A stretch of DNA of 63,509 nt, filler included, from Choristocarpus tenellus KU-1152 (GCA_964200185.2; 12 parts of 12 records of this genome joined end to end with filler, not necessarily neighbours in it); one strand, 5' to 3'. Numbered from the whole stretch's first letter, positions 24,533 to 37,300 are shown. A program made the numbers and translations. The notes: generated from the sequence alone by a model not told the origin.

Positions 24533-25560
24533 ATGGGTGATGCATTTTTTCTTTCAAAGTCTATTCCTAATCTTTTTTTTATTGTGATTTTTTTTAGTGT
24601 TTTTTAAGTCTTGCTGTAATTAATAAGAATTTTATGTTATCGTGCTATTATCACTAGATATAAATAATGTTGTATTATGATCATTTTTTTAATTTATTGT
24701 TGTTTTTGCTGTAAATATTTATTGTATTTTTTTATTACAGTGTTTGCGGTAGAGGAGGAAGATAAAAAATGAGGAGAGATGTAAGTAGAAATGGTACCTA
24801 CAGCACGAGTAGTGACTGACTTTATCTGATACTTGTTCTGATACTTGTTCTGATACTTGTTCTGATACTTGTTGTGATACATGCACATATACATACACAT
24901 ACGCATACATTCATTCTGTTAACATACGTAGGCTACATGTTTGTAATGCATTGGTTACTACCGTAGTGCTTGATTATTTTTTTTATCAAATAAGTTTGTG
25001 TTTTTTTTTTCGCATGGTTCGCACATGCCTTCCATGGTGGAGTGTCCCGACAAGTGTGGGGGGGGTATTGCTAGTATTGTTGTGACATTGCAGTAGTGAT
25101 AGGTGCACTAGATGATCTTACAGTACTGATGGATGACCGACCATATGCCTTGATTGGTCTATTTCCTTTTACAGTACACCAAAAGTAAAAAAGAACGATT
25201 GATTTACAACTATTTTAATATATATATATATAAATACATATATATATATTTTTTTTTTAAGCAGTACCGCTGTACTTTCAATTTACTTATTTTTATTGTA
25301 GAAGAAAATTATTCTCCGGCGTAAACGAGTACGTCATCGAACCTCATTTTATTATCCTTCTGCAGGATCGACATACGCCTTGCAAGGTGGAAAATCTCCA
25401 CAACAACAAGGTGAAGCAGGTGTATGCAGGATCGGTACACACGTGCGTTCTCACCACCGGAGGACAGGTCTTCACTTTTGGAAAGCACGAGTATACTGGA
25501 CATGGTGAGAAGGCTGATGTGCTATCCCCTAGGCTCATCATCGCCTTTGGGGACACACCG
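24266..25560 (+). CDS. RCC1-repeat protein, two internal exons
   Basis: Exon 24266-24367 [34 protein letters not shown] and exon 25366-25560 [11 protein letters not shown]...[22 protein letters not shown]; AG/GT boundaries, phase 0, RCC1 consensus. Confidence 0.9.
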
Positions 25561-26324
25561 GTGAGAGACCAAGAGCAGTAGAACCGCCTTCCTTGATGGT
25601 GTTGATTCATTTATGAGGGGGTAGGGCGTATAGTGGAGAAGCTGAGGTTTGGCTTGGGTGGAGGCGGTGGTGGAGTTTGGTGTAGGGGGCGAGGGGAGGG
25701 GAGGGGAGGGGGGGGGAGGGGGGGGGGGGCAGAGGCTGAAGTTTCTGTCGATGATATTCTGGGTATCAAAAAGGAATNNNNNNNNNNNNNNNNNNNNNNN
25801 NNNNNNNNNNNNNNNNNNNNNTTAATTAATTAANNNNNNNNNNNNNNNNNNNNNNNNNNNNNNNNNNNNNNNNNNNNACCGTCCCTGCCCCTGTTGTCCC
25901 CCACCACCCCCCCTCCCCCTTTCTCAATGCTAATGGCCTTATGTACAGCAGCTTGTTAGACTGGGTAGCTCGTTCCTCTGCTTTCACATAACTATTGTCT
26001 CTGATTCTAAGTCCTCCAATTCTTTGATCCATAATATAAAAGCCTTGGTCGCAAGAAGTATATCTGCTTCCACCCCAGTGTCTTTAGGTCCCCCTGTAAC
26101 AGCCCCCACAGCTCCCCTGCGTATCTTGTATGATTGGACTCCTTGCTTTCTGTTACAGCGCTCCCCCGAAGCTTACCTCCACAGGATGTATAGCTCCCAT
26201 CTACAGGTCTATAGAATATACTGATGCACATCTACAACTCCTGATGCACATGTCGTCAAGTATGTTGGATCTCTCACTTGGATTGTCATCAATATCATCG
26301 TATAAAACTGGTCACAAGGTGGAA

Positions 26325-26945
26325 GTCTTGGTAGGACCTCCATGTTACAGCATGCCCCTGAACTCACCTCCACAGGATGTACAACTCAAATCCAACGATC
26401 TTAAAACGATGCTATGGGGACGTTGCCCTTGATAACAGTTTGTTGGGTGTCAGACAGCCTTTTCTCTTGATACTCCACTCAGTGCTTAGCTCAAAGCTCG
26501 ACTCAATGTTAAGTTCAAGAAAATAAAAAACTGATAAGGGGGGTAAAGGTGTTTTGACCAAAAGCCCTCTTATTATTTTCATCATCCACCCAATTTCTTT
26601 GGTCTTCTATGCAACTGCTCTATACGTACACCAATCATAAGTCTTATTCTGCAACTTCTTAGGAACTTTGACATTTTCTTCTGTAATGTTACGTGTGCAT
26701 TACGAATCGTATTCTGTATCTTCTACGAAATTAGCATTTATTCTGTAAGGCTACCTATGTGTTACTAATATCGCATATTGTTCGCACTTGTTAGAACGCG
26801 AGAAACAATGTTCGTACTATTCGCTTGTCACAAATGTTCGTGTTAGCTAAAATATGAGAAGAAATACTCGCGCTATTTGCGTGTAACAAATGCTCGCACT
26901 TTGTTAGAACACAAGAAGAAATGCTCGCGCTATTCGCCTGTAACA
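26325..26945 (-). mobile_element. Ty3/gypsy LTR with tRNA-Gln PBS and triplicated 5' end
   Basis: TGTTACAG (26343) ... CTGTAACA (26945); minus-strand PBS TGGAGGTCCTACCAAGAC; a further partial LTR at 26151-~26320. Confidence 0.75.
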
Positions 26946-27760
26946 TTTCCTCCACTTCACCTTTTAGGACAGGCCTCAGAAAAATCACTTTGATTCCCTG
27001 AAACCTAAATAGGAGTGATTGGTACATGGTGAGACCTCTACTTCCATTTTTCATCCTTTCACGTTGCATATCTAATACAAAAATCGGTACACCCAACAAT
27101 CAGAATATCAATCCCTTGGATCTCTGAATGTGGGTGGTGAGGACACCTACCGAGTCAAACTGATGGGGCACCGGTGAGATGGGCAGGGACAACATGACGC
27201 GAAGAAAAGAGTGAGTTCTGCCAAGCTCGATGGTTACAGCAATCTCAAGACAATGCACATAACTGCATGAACAAGGTCCGGACGGACAAACCAGAACAGA
27301 AAGGAAGCAGGACAGATCCAGACCAAGTTTGAAACTTGAATTGAACAGTTCGCAACACCACAAAATCAATGAGTCATTCACGACAACCTCAAAGAAACAA
27401 AATTATCATTTAAGAGGGTCTCAAGGAGACCATTGTCACTCAGGAGGACCTGAGACAGAGATTAAGGGTTCATGGAGGTTGTAACCAGAACTGGAACTGA
27501 GAATCCATGGTGGTTCTGACAAGAGATGAGACGACTGGTAACCAGCATCAAATAATCAAGAGGAGGAATAACCTCAATCTTCTCAACGAGAGAAGGCTTT
27601 TTTATGGATTATCATCGGACACGGAAACTGGGAAAGACCTTCGGTGAAACTCTCTACCTGAGATGTTCGACCGGATATGTCTCTCGAACTTGGTATCTAC
27701 ATACTAGAATTTTGTTAAAAGATGCCGTTCTCGAAAAGATGCAGTTCTCGTTACATTAAT

Positions 27761-27832
27761 CTCCCTCGCCGGGAATCGAACCCGGGTCTCCTGAGTGAAA
27801 GTCAGATATCCTAACCGTTGGACTACGAGGGA
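27761..27832 (-). tRNA. trnE: tRNA-Glu(TTC)
   Basis: TCCCTCGTAGTCCAACGGTTAGGATATCTGACTTTCACTCAGGAGACCCGGGTTCGATTCCCGGCGAGGGAG: 72 nt, perfect acceptor stem TCCCTCG/CGAGGGA, T-loop TTCGATT, anticodon loop CTTTCAC. Confidence 0.95.
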
Positions 27833-28062
27833 TGCACAACCGCAATATATTACTTAGATTTGGTATTATAAATTTAATATTAAACTTTTTTCAATTTAGA
27901 CACATACTTGAGTATCGTAAGCCAACCAATAAGGCACGCCATTTGGCTTGGCACAAACATCATTATCGATTTTGTGCCGTAACCCTTCCCATGTACATTT
28001 GACACACCTTGATCATGCCGAGCACAGCAAAAGCCCGTTGTCTCATTCCTACGGTCACACCA

Positions 28063-28876
28063 TGACACAAGCGAATACCACAAGTATTTCTTCTCACACT
28101 CTTACCAGTGCGAGCAGTAAAAGCGCCGGTGGAACCCCAAAAAAGGGATGTCCGATTTGCTAAAAGTTGAAGAGTAAGATCTGTTACTTAAAATAAAACG
28201 TTTTTCAGATGTATTGTGACGTCTGTAACCTGGAAATGAATCGATGATTGAGAGTACATACATTGTCACTCTTTTTTCATGTCTTAACATTCCAACTGAT
28301 AAAGAGTATACCTTCGTCTGCTGACCTGATACTCACCATCCTAGCTGGACCTTTTGACTGTCGGAGTATCCCAGGAGTCCTATACAGGCATCAGCGCCAT
28401 CTATAGGCCTGTGGATTGGAGCTACATATCCTGTGGAAGTAAGTTTTGGAGCCCTGCTGTAACACAGCTCCAATCCACAGGCCTATAGATGGCGCTGATT
28501 CCTGCACAGGACTCCTGGGATACTCCGACAGTCAAATGATCCGACAAGGATGGTGAGTATCAGGTCAGCAAATGAAGGCATAAACTTAATCAATGGGGAT
28601 GTATGCATAATAGGCACAAAAGTGAAACTGGACTGCTTTCATATATCAATCTACATACTCGAGTTTACAGACACCGTAATGATCTGAAAACCATTGCTTT
28701 TATTTTAAGTTACAGATCTTACTATGCAAATTTAGCAAATCGAAGTTCCCCCTTTTGGGGGTTCCACTCACTCATACACTACTTGTGCTAGTTAGAGCGC
28801 GAGAAGAAATACTTGTGCTATTCCCCTGTAACAGCTATACATCACCTAGAGGTAAGCTTTGGAGCGTGCTGTGACA
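28063..28876. mobile_element. Rearranged gypsy LTR cluster (LTR+, inverted LTR part, LTR 3' tip+)
   Basis: 28063-28464 is a full LTR homologous to 54622-55027; 28465-28833 is the reverse complement of its first ~365 bp; 28834-28876 matches its last ~43 bp. Confidence 0.8.
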
Positions 28877-29608
28877 CACNNNNNNNNNNNNNNNNNNNNN
28901 NNNNNNNNNNNNNNNNNNNNNNNTTAATTAATTAANNNNNNNNNNNNNNNNNNNNNNNNNNNNNNNNNNNNNNNNNNNNTCCCCATCTCTTAGGGTTAGG
29001 GTTACCCTTTCGGGCTCAGAAACTATGACCCGCTCCCCCCCCCCCCCCCCCCCCCTGTGTTTTTTATCAACAGTGTGAAGAAGTCAACTTTCTCTGTCCA
29101 ATGTTTTCTGTTCTTGTATTTTTGATAGTATTTTTGAATAGCGTGAAGTTTTCTTGATACAAAATTAGGACTGGTACGGATTTGTGTTTCTCTTCCAATA
29201 TTCTCATAGTCTGTCACAAGTTGGTAGCATTGACACGCCTGCTTCCCATCAGAATCAGTCTGTCTTCACCCACAGTCAGAATCAATCAATCAATCTGTCC
29301 TTTGTTGCTATCGCCCTTCCTTCCTTCTCCACTGGCAAACATGTCATTAGCCCCCTTTTTATCTTCCCCAACACAAAGCCAGTAGTCAAGGTACCATCTC
29401 CCTGCATCCCTCTCTTTCTCTCTCTATATATCTATACCTTTATCTATACCTTTATCTATACCTTTATCCCCTACTAAACACCTCTTACGTGTTCTGGGTG
29501 AAACGGCAACGGACACTTAAAAAAAAAAAATCTAGTCTCTTTTTGTTTCTGTATTTTAATCCATTTCCCAACCCTAACCCTAACCCGACAAAAAAATAAT
29601 AATAAAAG

Positions 29609-32600
29609 GATGTAGAGGTGGTGAACAATGCCGGCACTGTAAAGAAGGTACACCCTCAGGAGATCAGGGGCAAGAGGAACACTCAGAGCAGGAGGGCGTT
29701 TGTGGTGGATGCCCAGCAGAACCAATTGGAGGTGGGCTCCAGTAAATTTTCCTCCATTTGTTTTGTGTTAAGACGTTGCTGCAAGTATGCTCTCTTGGAA
29801 AGATGTGTTTGCAACCTCTTAATGCCCTCCCTCTTTCACCTCGTGGACAAATGATCTCTTTTCAGTCTTCTTTTCACTCCCTTATCCTCCCTGGTGTTCT
29901 GTGGTGTCCTTTCCTGTTGCTATTTGAATTGATTTCAAACAACCGCACTATTCCAGGCCATAACCCTAGTCATCCCTAACCCTAGCCTCGACCTGTGAAG
30001 CAGAATGGAGTACACCAAGAAACGCCCGTGATAGAAAGATTAAAATGTATTAAATAGATGTTACACAACAAGTATTAAAATATAAAGATTAAAATGTATT
30101 AAATAGATGTTACACAACAAGCATTAAAATATAAAGATTAAAATGTATTAAATAGATGTTACACAACAAGCATTAAAATATAAATGTGCTTTTTTCTCTC
30201 TTCATCCCAATAAGAACAATATATATACATACATACATACATACATACATACATACATACATACATACATACATACAACTATCTGTATGGATATACCCTG
30301 TCCCGATTTTTTTCCCCTTTTTTCTCTTTATTTTTCTTATTTTGAAAAAAATCTATAAAAAAAAAAAGGTGGATAATGTGGTGTCGGTGGTGGAGGGTCG
30401 ATACGCACGATCCACGGGAACAATCAAACACATAGACAGGACTACCCTCTTCCTACACTCAAGAACGCACACGCAGAATGGAGGCGTGTTTCCAGTTAGG
30501 GCACGGAGTGTTCTCCTGGCAGGGAGGCAGAACAAGGCGCAGGTGGGTGGGGTTTTTTGTTTTTTGTTTTGTTGTGACAAGAAAAGGTACCTAGTTTTAG
30601 GGGTAGGGTTAGGGTTGTTTTTGTTGGGGTACGATTGTCGTGGGTACTTTATTGTAGTGCTAGTATTGAGGGTCAGGGTTTATTTGTCTTCTGACGAAGA
30701 AAGGTACCTAGTTCTTAGGGGCAAAGGGCTTCAGGTTGTTTGTTTGTTTTTGTTGAGGTACGACAGTGGCGGTACCTTTTGGGTGTACTTGTATTGAGGG
30801 TTCTATTGAGGGTCAGGGTTTATTTGTCTTGTGACAAAAAAAGGCACCTAGGGTTAGGGTGAGGGTTAGGTTTGTTTTTGTTGAGGTACAGGCGGTGAGG
30901 GTGCTTTCTTTTGTTGTGCTTGTCCTTTTTTGTCTTAGGCTCTGGAGTCATTGTTGTTGTTTGGTGCACATTATTGTTATTATTATTATTATTATTATAT
31001 ACAAATCAATAGTAGGGTAGTTGCAATATGTGGTCCAATTTTCTTTTTGGTTGTGAATTGAGTTACGATTCCTTTCATATTCATGTTTTATTCCTTTGTG
31101 TTTTTTTTTCAATTAGAAGAAATAAAAAAAGAGTTTTCATTCCCAAAAATGGCTTTTTGCCTCATGGTTGAACTTGAAACCAAAATAAATTTCTGCTGCG
31201 AAGAGGCTGTAATGGTTAGGGTTAGGGTTAGGGAGTCAAGTCTCTTGGATGTGCATCTGACCTCGCCGCCCTCCTTCCTGTGTACACTCCCACAATCTGC
31301 TCCCCTTGCTTTGCTTTTGCAACTCTTTTCCTCTTCTTCATGAATTATTTGTGTGTGTATGTGTATCTTGTATGTGTGATTTGGTTTTGGTGTTGTGGAA
31401 TTGACTGGGTTGGGTGGGACACGATTGTTTTTGTTTTGTTTTGTTTTGTTTTTAGACTGCGGTAGGGTATATGGGGGAGATCAATGCTAGTGCAAAAAAT
31501 AATATAGTGAAAGACCACCGCAACCGGAACGATGAGATGCTGTCCAAAACTGTCAAGGTGAGAGAAAGAGAAGAGGAATAGATAGAAGAGAAAGAGAGAA
31601 AGGAATGTAGACACTAGTGTATTGATGCATTTTGTTTATTTTGTTGACTAGTCGTGGAAGGAATAGTGTGAATTGTTCCAATTATTCTTATATTTTTATT
31701 ATTGTTGTGTTAGGTACTCCGGTATCTGATTTTTTTTTATCAAACTTTTGTTTTCATTCTGGGGGGTTGTTTTTATTGGAGTGCGTATGTGTTTGGGGCC
31801 AATCTATGGGCGGTAGTGGTCCTGGTTGTGTGAAGGAAATAATGTTAGTTCAGTTTGTTTTTTGAATCACGTTTTATCTGTTGTTTGGATTAAGAATAGT
31901 TCTTCCTTTGTGTTGATTGGTTGTTGGCATACACTCTTTGATGTTACTTGAGAGACAAGAGTTATTTGAGGTCCTTCCAGACAACACTTTGTTAACGTGA
32001 TAGTGTAGTGTTATGTACTAGTATGCCATACGATAATTTGTATTTAACTATTATGTATACAGTCACAAGGTAATCTTTCCGTTAGTTAAGGGGTTAATGC
32101 TTGGGTGAGTCCAGCAGCCGATGCACTCAGTGCAGGGGGATTAATCCACACCCCAGTAGTAATCTTGGATACACTCTCATCAACCTCCCTCCCTTTCTTG
32201 AAGAAGGCTATCGGTATCTACCTGGAAGTAATGTCTACGCTACTGTGTGATACAGATGTTTGAATTATCTTTATTATTATTATTATTATTGATTATAATA
32301 AGAAAATGTCATCTATGTCTTGCATGTACTTCAGTAGGCCAAAGTGTCAAGATTTTCCTCTTCAAAGATGATGTGAATGTGTTGCTTTTTTTTTTTTATC
32401 TGATGTGAATGATAAATGGGATGGATGATGGATACAGGTGGTGAAAGGTCAACACAAGAGCTTGCTGGGTCTGGTGGTGGAAGCCACTGATACTCATGTA
32501 AAGGTGGAGCTTCACTCCAAGCTCAAGAAGGTTACCATACCTAGGAACCAGGTGATTGATACGGATGGTTCTTCCTGTGATAGTAGTAGTAGTGTAGTAT

Positions 32601-33942
32601 GTTTGGATTCCACACCACTTCATCTCATGCCATGTCTTGTGTGTGTATGTATATATATTGATATTAATATTGAACAGCATTTCTTGTATTGACTCTTGGG
32701 AGGTGCACCTTTTTTTTCAAATTGTGTATATATTTTTTTTTGTACTGAGAATTTTTTATTTTTTTTATTACCTTGCCTAACCCTGTAGCCCTGTGGCTGT
32801 TTTGTATGGTGGCACTTTATCTGTACTTGGTTGTTGTGGATATTTTGTAATAGCATCAGGGGGGGGGGGGAGGGACACTGCGGCATAGTCCCCAGTGGTC
32901 AGAGGGAAAGCACTATGTTTGGGTTGTGGCAAGAGTTTTATGTGTGGTTTGATGGTCATGGTAATGTGATATAACGTACTGTGAGATAAACATTAGGTAT
33001 TGAATAGTTAGCCAGAGTATCTTAGGGTTAGGGTAGAGCCGTGTCCATATAGGGACAAAATCCAATGTTGCAATTTTGGTGTAATTTTGGCTATCGTGTT
33101 TGTTAGGAAGTAACTGTCAATATCATTGTTCTGGACGCACCTCTTCATAATGTACACATCTTACCTACTCCAAAACAGTTTGGAGTAGGAAAATGTCGTA
33201 CAAATACTCCATGGGAAGCCAAGCCCCAAATGGACAAACAGGGCAAAACTCGTACCCTAACCCTAAGATACTTTCTGTCAGTGGTAGTGGTAATAGTGGT
33301 AGTTTGTAAGATAGATATTGAGGTCAGAGGAAAAGTTAGACGGATGCATCACCTCTATCAATACATACATACATACATACATACATACATACATACACAG
33401 TGAGAAGACTTTTTTTTAGTAGAACGGTAGTACGGTTGGTAGCTTACTTGGATAACAAAAAAAATATTGTGAGTGGGTTTTTTTTTAGTGAAATGCCTTC
33501 TCTCCCTTCCTTCTTCACCACCCCTCTCGGCCCCCTCCCCTCTCGATACCAGATGCTGTTGCCCTAATCAGGGTCCTCTGTAACCTCAGTGGGGAAAGCA
33601 TAGTCGATGCTGTTAAATTAAATATAGCTATACACAAGCACATGTGGGGAAGGGAGAGAGAGAGAGAGATAGAAGCATTGAAATTTTTTGAGATGTAATT
33701 TTTCTTTGTAGCTTGAACTTTTTTTATTTAATGTAACGAGGTGATGGTTTGAACCTGATTCTGATCTGATTTGTGTGTGTACCACAACTCTGTATTGATT
33801 CTGATTCATTGTGATGGAAAATATAAATATAAAGGTGAAGGTGGTGGGTGACCGCAGTGGAGCCATTGGGGGCAACGCCTTCCAGAAGCCTATGGCACCG
33901 GGGATTGGCATGGTCCCAGGCACTCCCAGTCTCACAACACAG
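29609..33942 (+). CDS. SPT5: Transcription elongation factor SPT5, internal exons (KOW region)
   Basis: Phase-0 exons 29609-29731, 30369-30542 (VSVVEGRYARSTGTIKHIDRTTLFLHSRTHTQNGGVFPVRARSVLLAG), 31456-31557 (RNDEMLSKTVK), 32438-32551 (VVKGQHKSLLGLVVEATDTHVKVELHSKLK), 33835-33942; matches the SPT5 KOW4/KOW5 pattern. Confidence 0.9.
30035..30181 (+). repeat. Intronic tandem repeat, 49 bp x3
   Basis: Unit AAAGATTAAAATGTATTAAATAGATGTTACACAACAAG(T/C)ATTAAAATAT, no spacers. Confidence 0.9.
33009..33279 (-). mobile_element. MITE family A copy in an SPT5 intron, with TTAGGG-converted TIRs
   Basis: Family A body in reverse; TIRs read CTTAGGGTTAGGGT and ACCCTAACCCTAAG. Confidence 0.88.
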
Positions 33943-34323
33943 GTATGTATGTAGGAGAGAAGGATGATGGTGTTAATATTATACAATTGTTTTTTCAAGG
34001 GTTACAGTAAATGGGAGGGGGGGTGGGGGGGGGGGGAGGAGTTGTAGAGTGATACACCTTTTTTCCTCGGGGGGGGGGAATTTTTTTTTTTTATTGGTTA
34101 GGCGTTTGTGCATGTGTATGTATGAAATACTCAAGGGTGCGGTGTATGCTNNNNNNNNNNNNNNNNNNNNNNNNNNNNNNNNNNNNNNNNNNNNTTAATT
34201 AATTAANNNNNNNNNNNNNNNNNNNNNNNNNNNNNNNNNNNNNNNNNNNNGATACCAGTACCACACATCTGCTCAAATTCCCCGCCATGCCTAACACCCC
34301 CCCCCCCCCCCCCCCCCCTTCAC

Positions 34324-37300
34324 CTGCCATCCAGTCTGTCGCACCCCCCATCTTCATCATCATCATATCCCGGCATGGCTGTGTTGAAGTCCTTGTCCTC
34401 AGAATGTGCCATAGCCCAGTCCAATGCTGCATCCAGCCCTGAGTTTTTGGTTGTCAATGCTGCCCTGCGTGAGCCCTTTCAGAAAGACAACCAAGAAGCA
34501 AATTTTGCATGTTGATCAGTGCCTGAGAGCCTCTATATCTATGTGGGGAGGGGGAGTTATGCCAAGCTGATCTCTACCAACTCCTTCTCTTGCTGCTGTT
34601 TCAAAAACCAACCCACTAACATATACCTCCCATTCGCCTTTCTTTAACTTTTAGATCACATCAAAGAACAGACTCTTAGAGAAGAGATACTATACTAACT
34701 CTAACTAACTAACTAATCAACCAATCAACCATATTTTCATCCGCCCACCCGTCCATCTATCCGCCCAACATATCAATAGCAATTCATCAATAGTACACGG
34801 TGGTTCTACATCAGAATAAAATGTATATACTTCAAAATAGAGTATACCTTCCACCAAAAGATAAGCAAGAAAAGTGGAAATATTCCAGCGGCTACAGAAG
34901 CAAACACTCAACCGTACGCTACCAATAGACAGAGCTGTTACTACTCAATGCTTCAAGGGGGATCAGAATGGTACATAGCAAAAGCATCATCTGATTGGTC
35001 CAACTGGACAAACAGGCAAGTTCTATTGGACTGAAAAATGCTTGATTTGCTCTGCTCTGCTCTGTGCTTTCACACGATGCCACCATCTCCTACATCATCC
35101 TGATACCTATTGGTGGGGGTTTAAGCAGTGTCCATGAGACCTGGAGATGAATATTTCCATGCTATCACACAACTACAATGGGGAACGCAATGTAAGTGGC
35201 ATCTTTTGATTCCTTGCAAATTTTCGTGGTCTCCACTTTAAACCCTGTAGCTCTTATTTTGTGGCCCAAGAGCAACCCCCATGACACAGCACTACCACAG
35301 TGCCAAGCTAGTATAACAAATATCAACACTGAAACATCAATTGCCCATCATTCCACTCATTTTCTTGAGGGCAACTCCCACTACTAACACTCCTGTACTC
35401 CAGAGCTCTAAGGATAAAAAATCATAATGCACTACAAAATAAGTTATATTGTAAAACACATTAGCCAGAATTAATTAAACTTTGCCAAAACAAAATTGCA
35501 CAGAGCGAATACAGACCACCGTGCCCCCCAAGATGTGGAAAGTCAGTTTTTCGACCAAGCCGGCAAGCCAGCAAGCAAAAGGGCAAAAGGTTCTTAACCA
35601 ACTAGAAACCATCTGAACATATATATCAGGAAACCCATGAATGTCACGAGCTGATACCATACACCCACACATTACAAAAACACCAACACTATGTATGAGC
35701 CACTGCCTAGCAAAATTACTCATGTCCCCAGGAAGCCTGATGTCTAATGCTCCCAAGGAGAAGATGCATCAACAATGAAAGTCAAGGATTCGTATTTGAT
35801 AGGTATTTGTTTTGTTGCTGTATGTGCACTTCAATTCTAAACAAGTACGTAAAAAAATCAAGGCCTGATACAGTTAATATTCACAAAACCTTTAGTTAGA
35901 TCCACAACACTAGTTACTTTTGGTTTCGTGTTCAAAAATATACATCATGTATTGCTAAAAAATCCAGGCCTGATACAGTTAATATTCACAAAACCTTTAG
36001 TTAGATCCACAACACTAGTTACTTTTTATTTCTTGTTCAAAAATATACATCATGTATTGCAGTCCAACATAAGTAAACAAGGGTCTCGCAACCAGAATTT
36101 AGACATCTTCTGCTAGCCGTTATGACAAAGAGGATATGTATCTGATATGGGAGTGCATACACTACTGGCAAACCCCCTTAATCAAAGATACCTCTGGTGA
36201 GCACTGTTGTCACAACTTGCAAGGGTCAGACCTTGGGAAAGAACTACTTCATCAAGAAATTTCCTACATTGTTCATACAAGGAAGATACAAAAGTGAAAA
36301 AAAAAATCTCTAGTGTGCACCATCCATCTCACATTCAAACATTCCATACCCTAGTATACGTTCAACTTGAGTTTTAACTTCTTGACCACATGAAACTCTA
36401 AAAAGTGTCCTTCACTTGCTTGTATTTTCACCTTGATTTTAACCCCTTGGCGACATTAAACTCTTAAATGGTCATTCACTTGCTTGTATTTTAAGCTTGA
36501 TTCTAACCCCATTGACAGCACTAAACTTCAGGTCATCCATTTTATCTACACCAAATAGTCTACAAAGACATCTTCTAGCTACCTCATACCAAGGGTTTGA
36601 AAAAACAAAATAAATATACCATCCAATTTCACTTACAGATGCACTCTTTACCTTGAAGCATATTTCTTCCCCATTCCAAAACCCCACCAACAGTCAAAAC
36701 TCAACACCATTCACTATACTAACAGTGGCACAAAAGAAGAAATTATTTACAAAACAAGAATACATTTGCTACAACAGTTGCAGAGTGAAATTCCGCTTGA
36801 GAGCTACACACAGCTACACAAAAGACGTTGTATCAAGATTCTTCTGGAGAGTATTAGACACGGTTTAAAAGCAGTCGACCAATCAACAGTTTCCCCACAG
36901 GATGCACCCATAGAACCCCTCTCCCTCATCATCACGCTAAGTACCTATGGTGGATACTAAAGTAACAAGTACCTGAAGTCATATACAAGTATACACTCAA
37001 GTTTGTTCTACTCCATGAATATCTGTGAGGAGCATAACTCACCTGAAGCACACGCACTTAAATGTATCTGCACATAATTATGTTCTATGCATATTTCTGC
37101 AAGCTGCATAACTCACCTGAAGCGAGAAGCCCATGGCCTTGAGCTGTTGCATCACCTCCTTATCCGGCTCTACTCTTCCTTCCGCCTCTTGCTTCTTTAG
37201 GCGAGCTCGCTCCTTCACCACTCTGCCCCCCCCCAAAAAAAATAAAAATAATAAAATAAAAATGGAGGTGGCTTTATTATTCTTGTGATGTTACTTCATG

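Noticed and set aside
27793-27802. GAGTGAAAGT in the tRNA-Glu anticodon arm equals the MITE A left terminus
   Set aside because: 10-bp match only; no further similarity.
28043-28062. PBS-like TGGTGTGACCGTAGGAAT on the minus strand next to the LTR start
   Set aside because: Lies at the wrong LTR end and is one base short of a canonical tRNA 3' end; cannot be assigned.
30035-30181. 49-bp repeats (and 12-bp repeats near 24826) as a CRISPR-like array
   Set aside because: Head-to-tail with no unique spacers; intronic minisatellites; no cas genes.
35900-37000. Possible hAT transposase remnant in the USP intron
   Set aside because: Too degraded; only a faint resemblance to a dimerisation motif.
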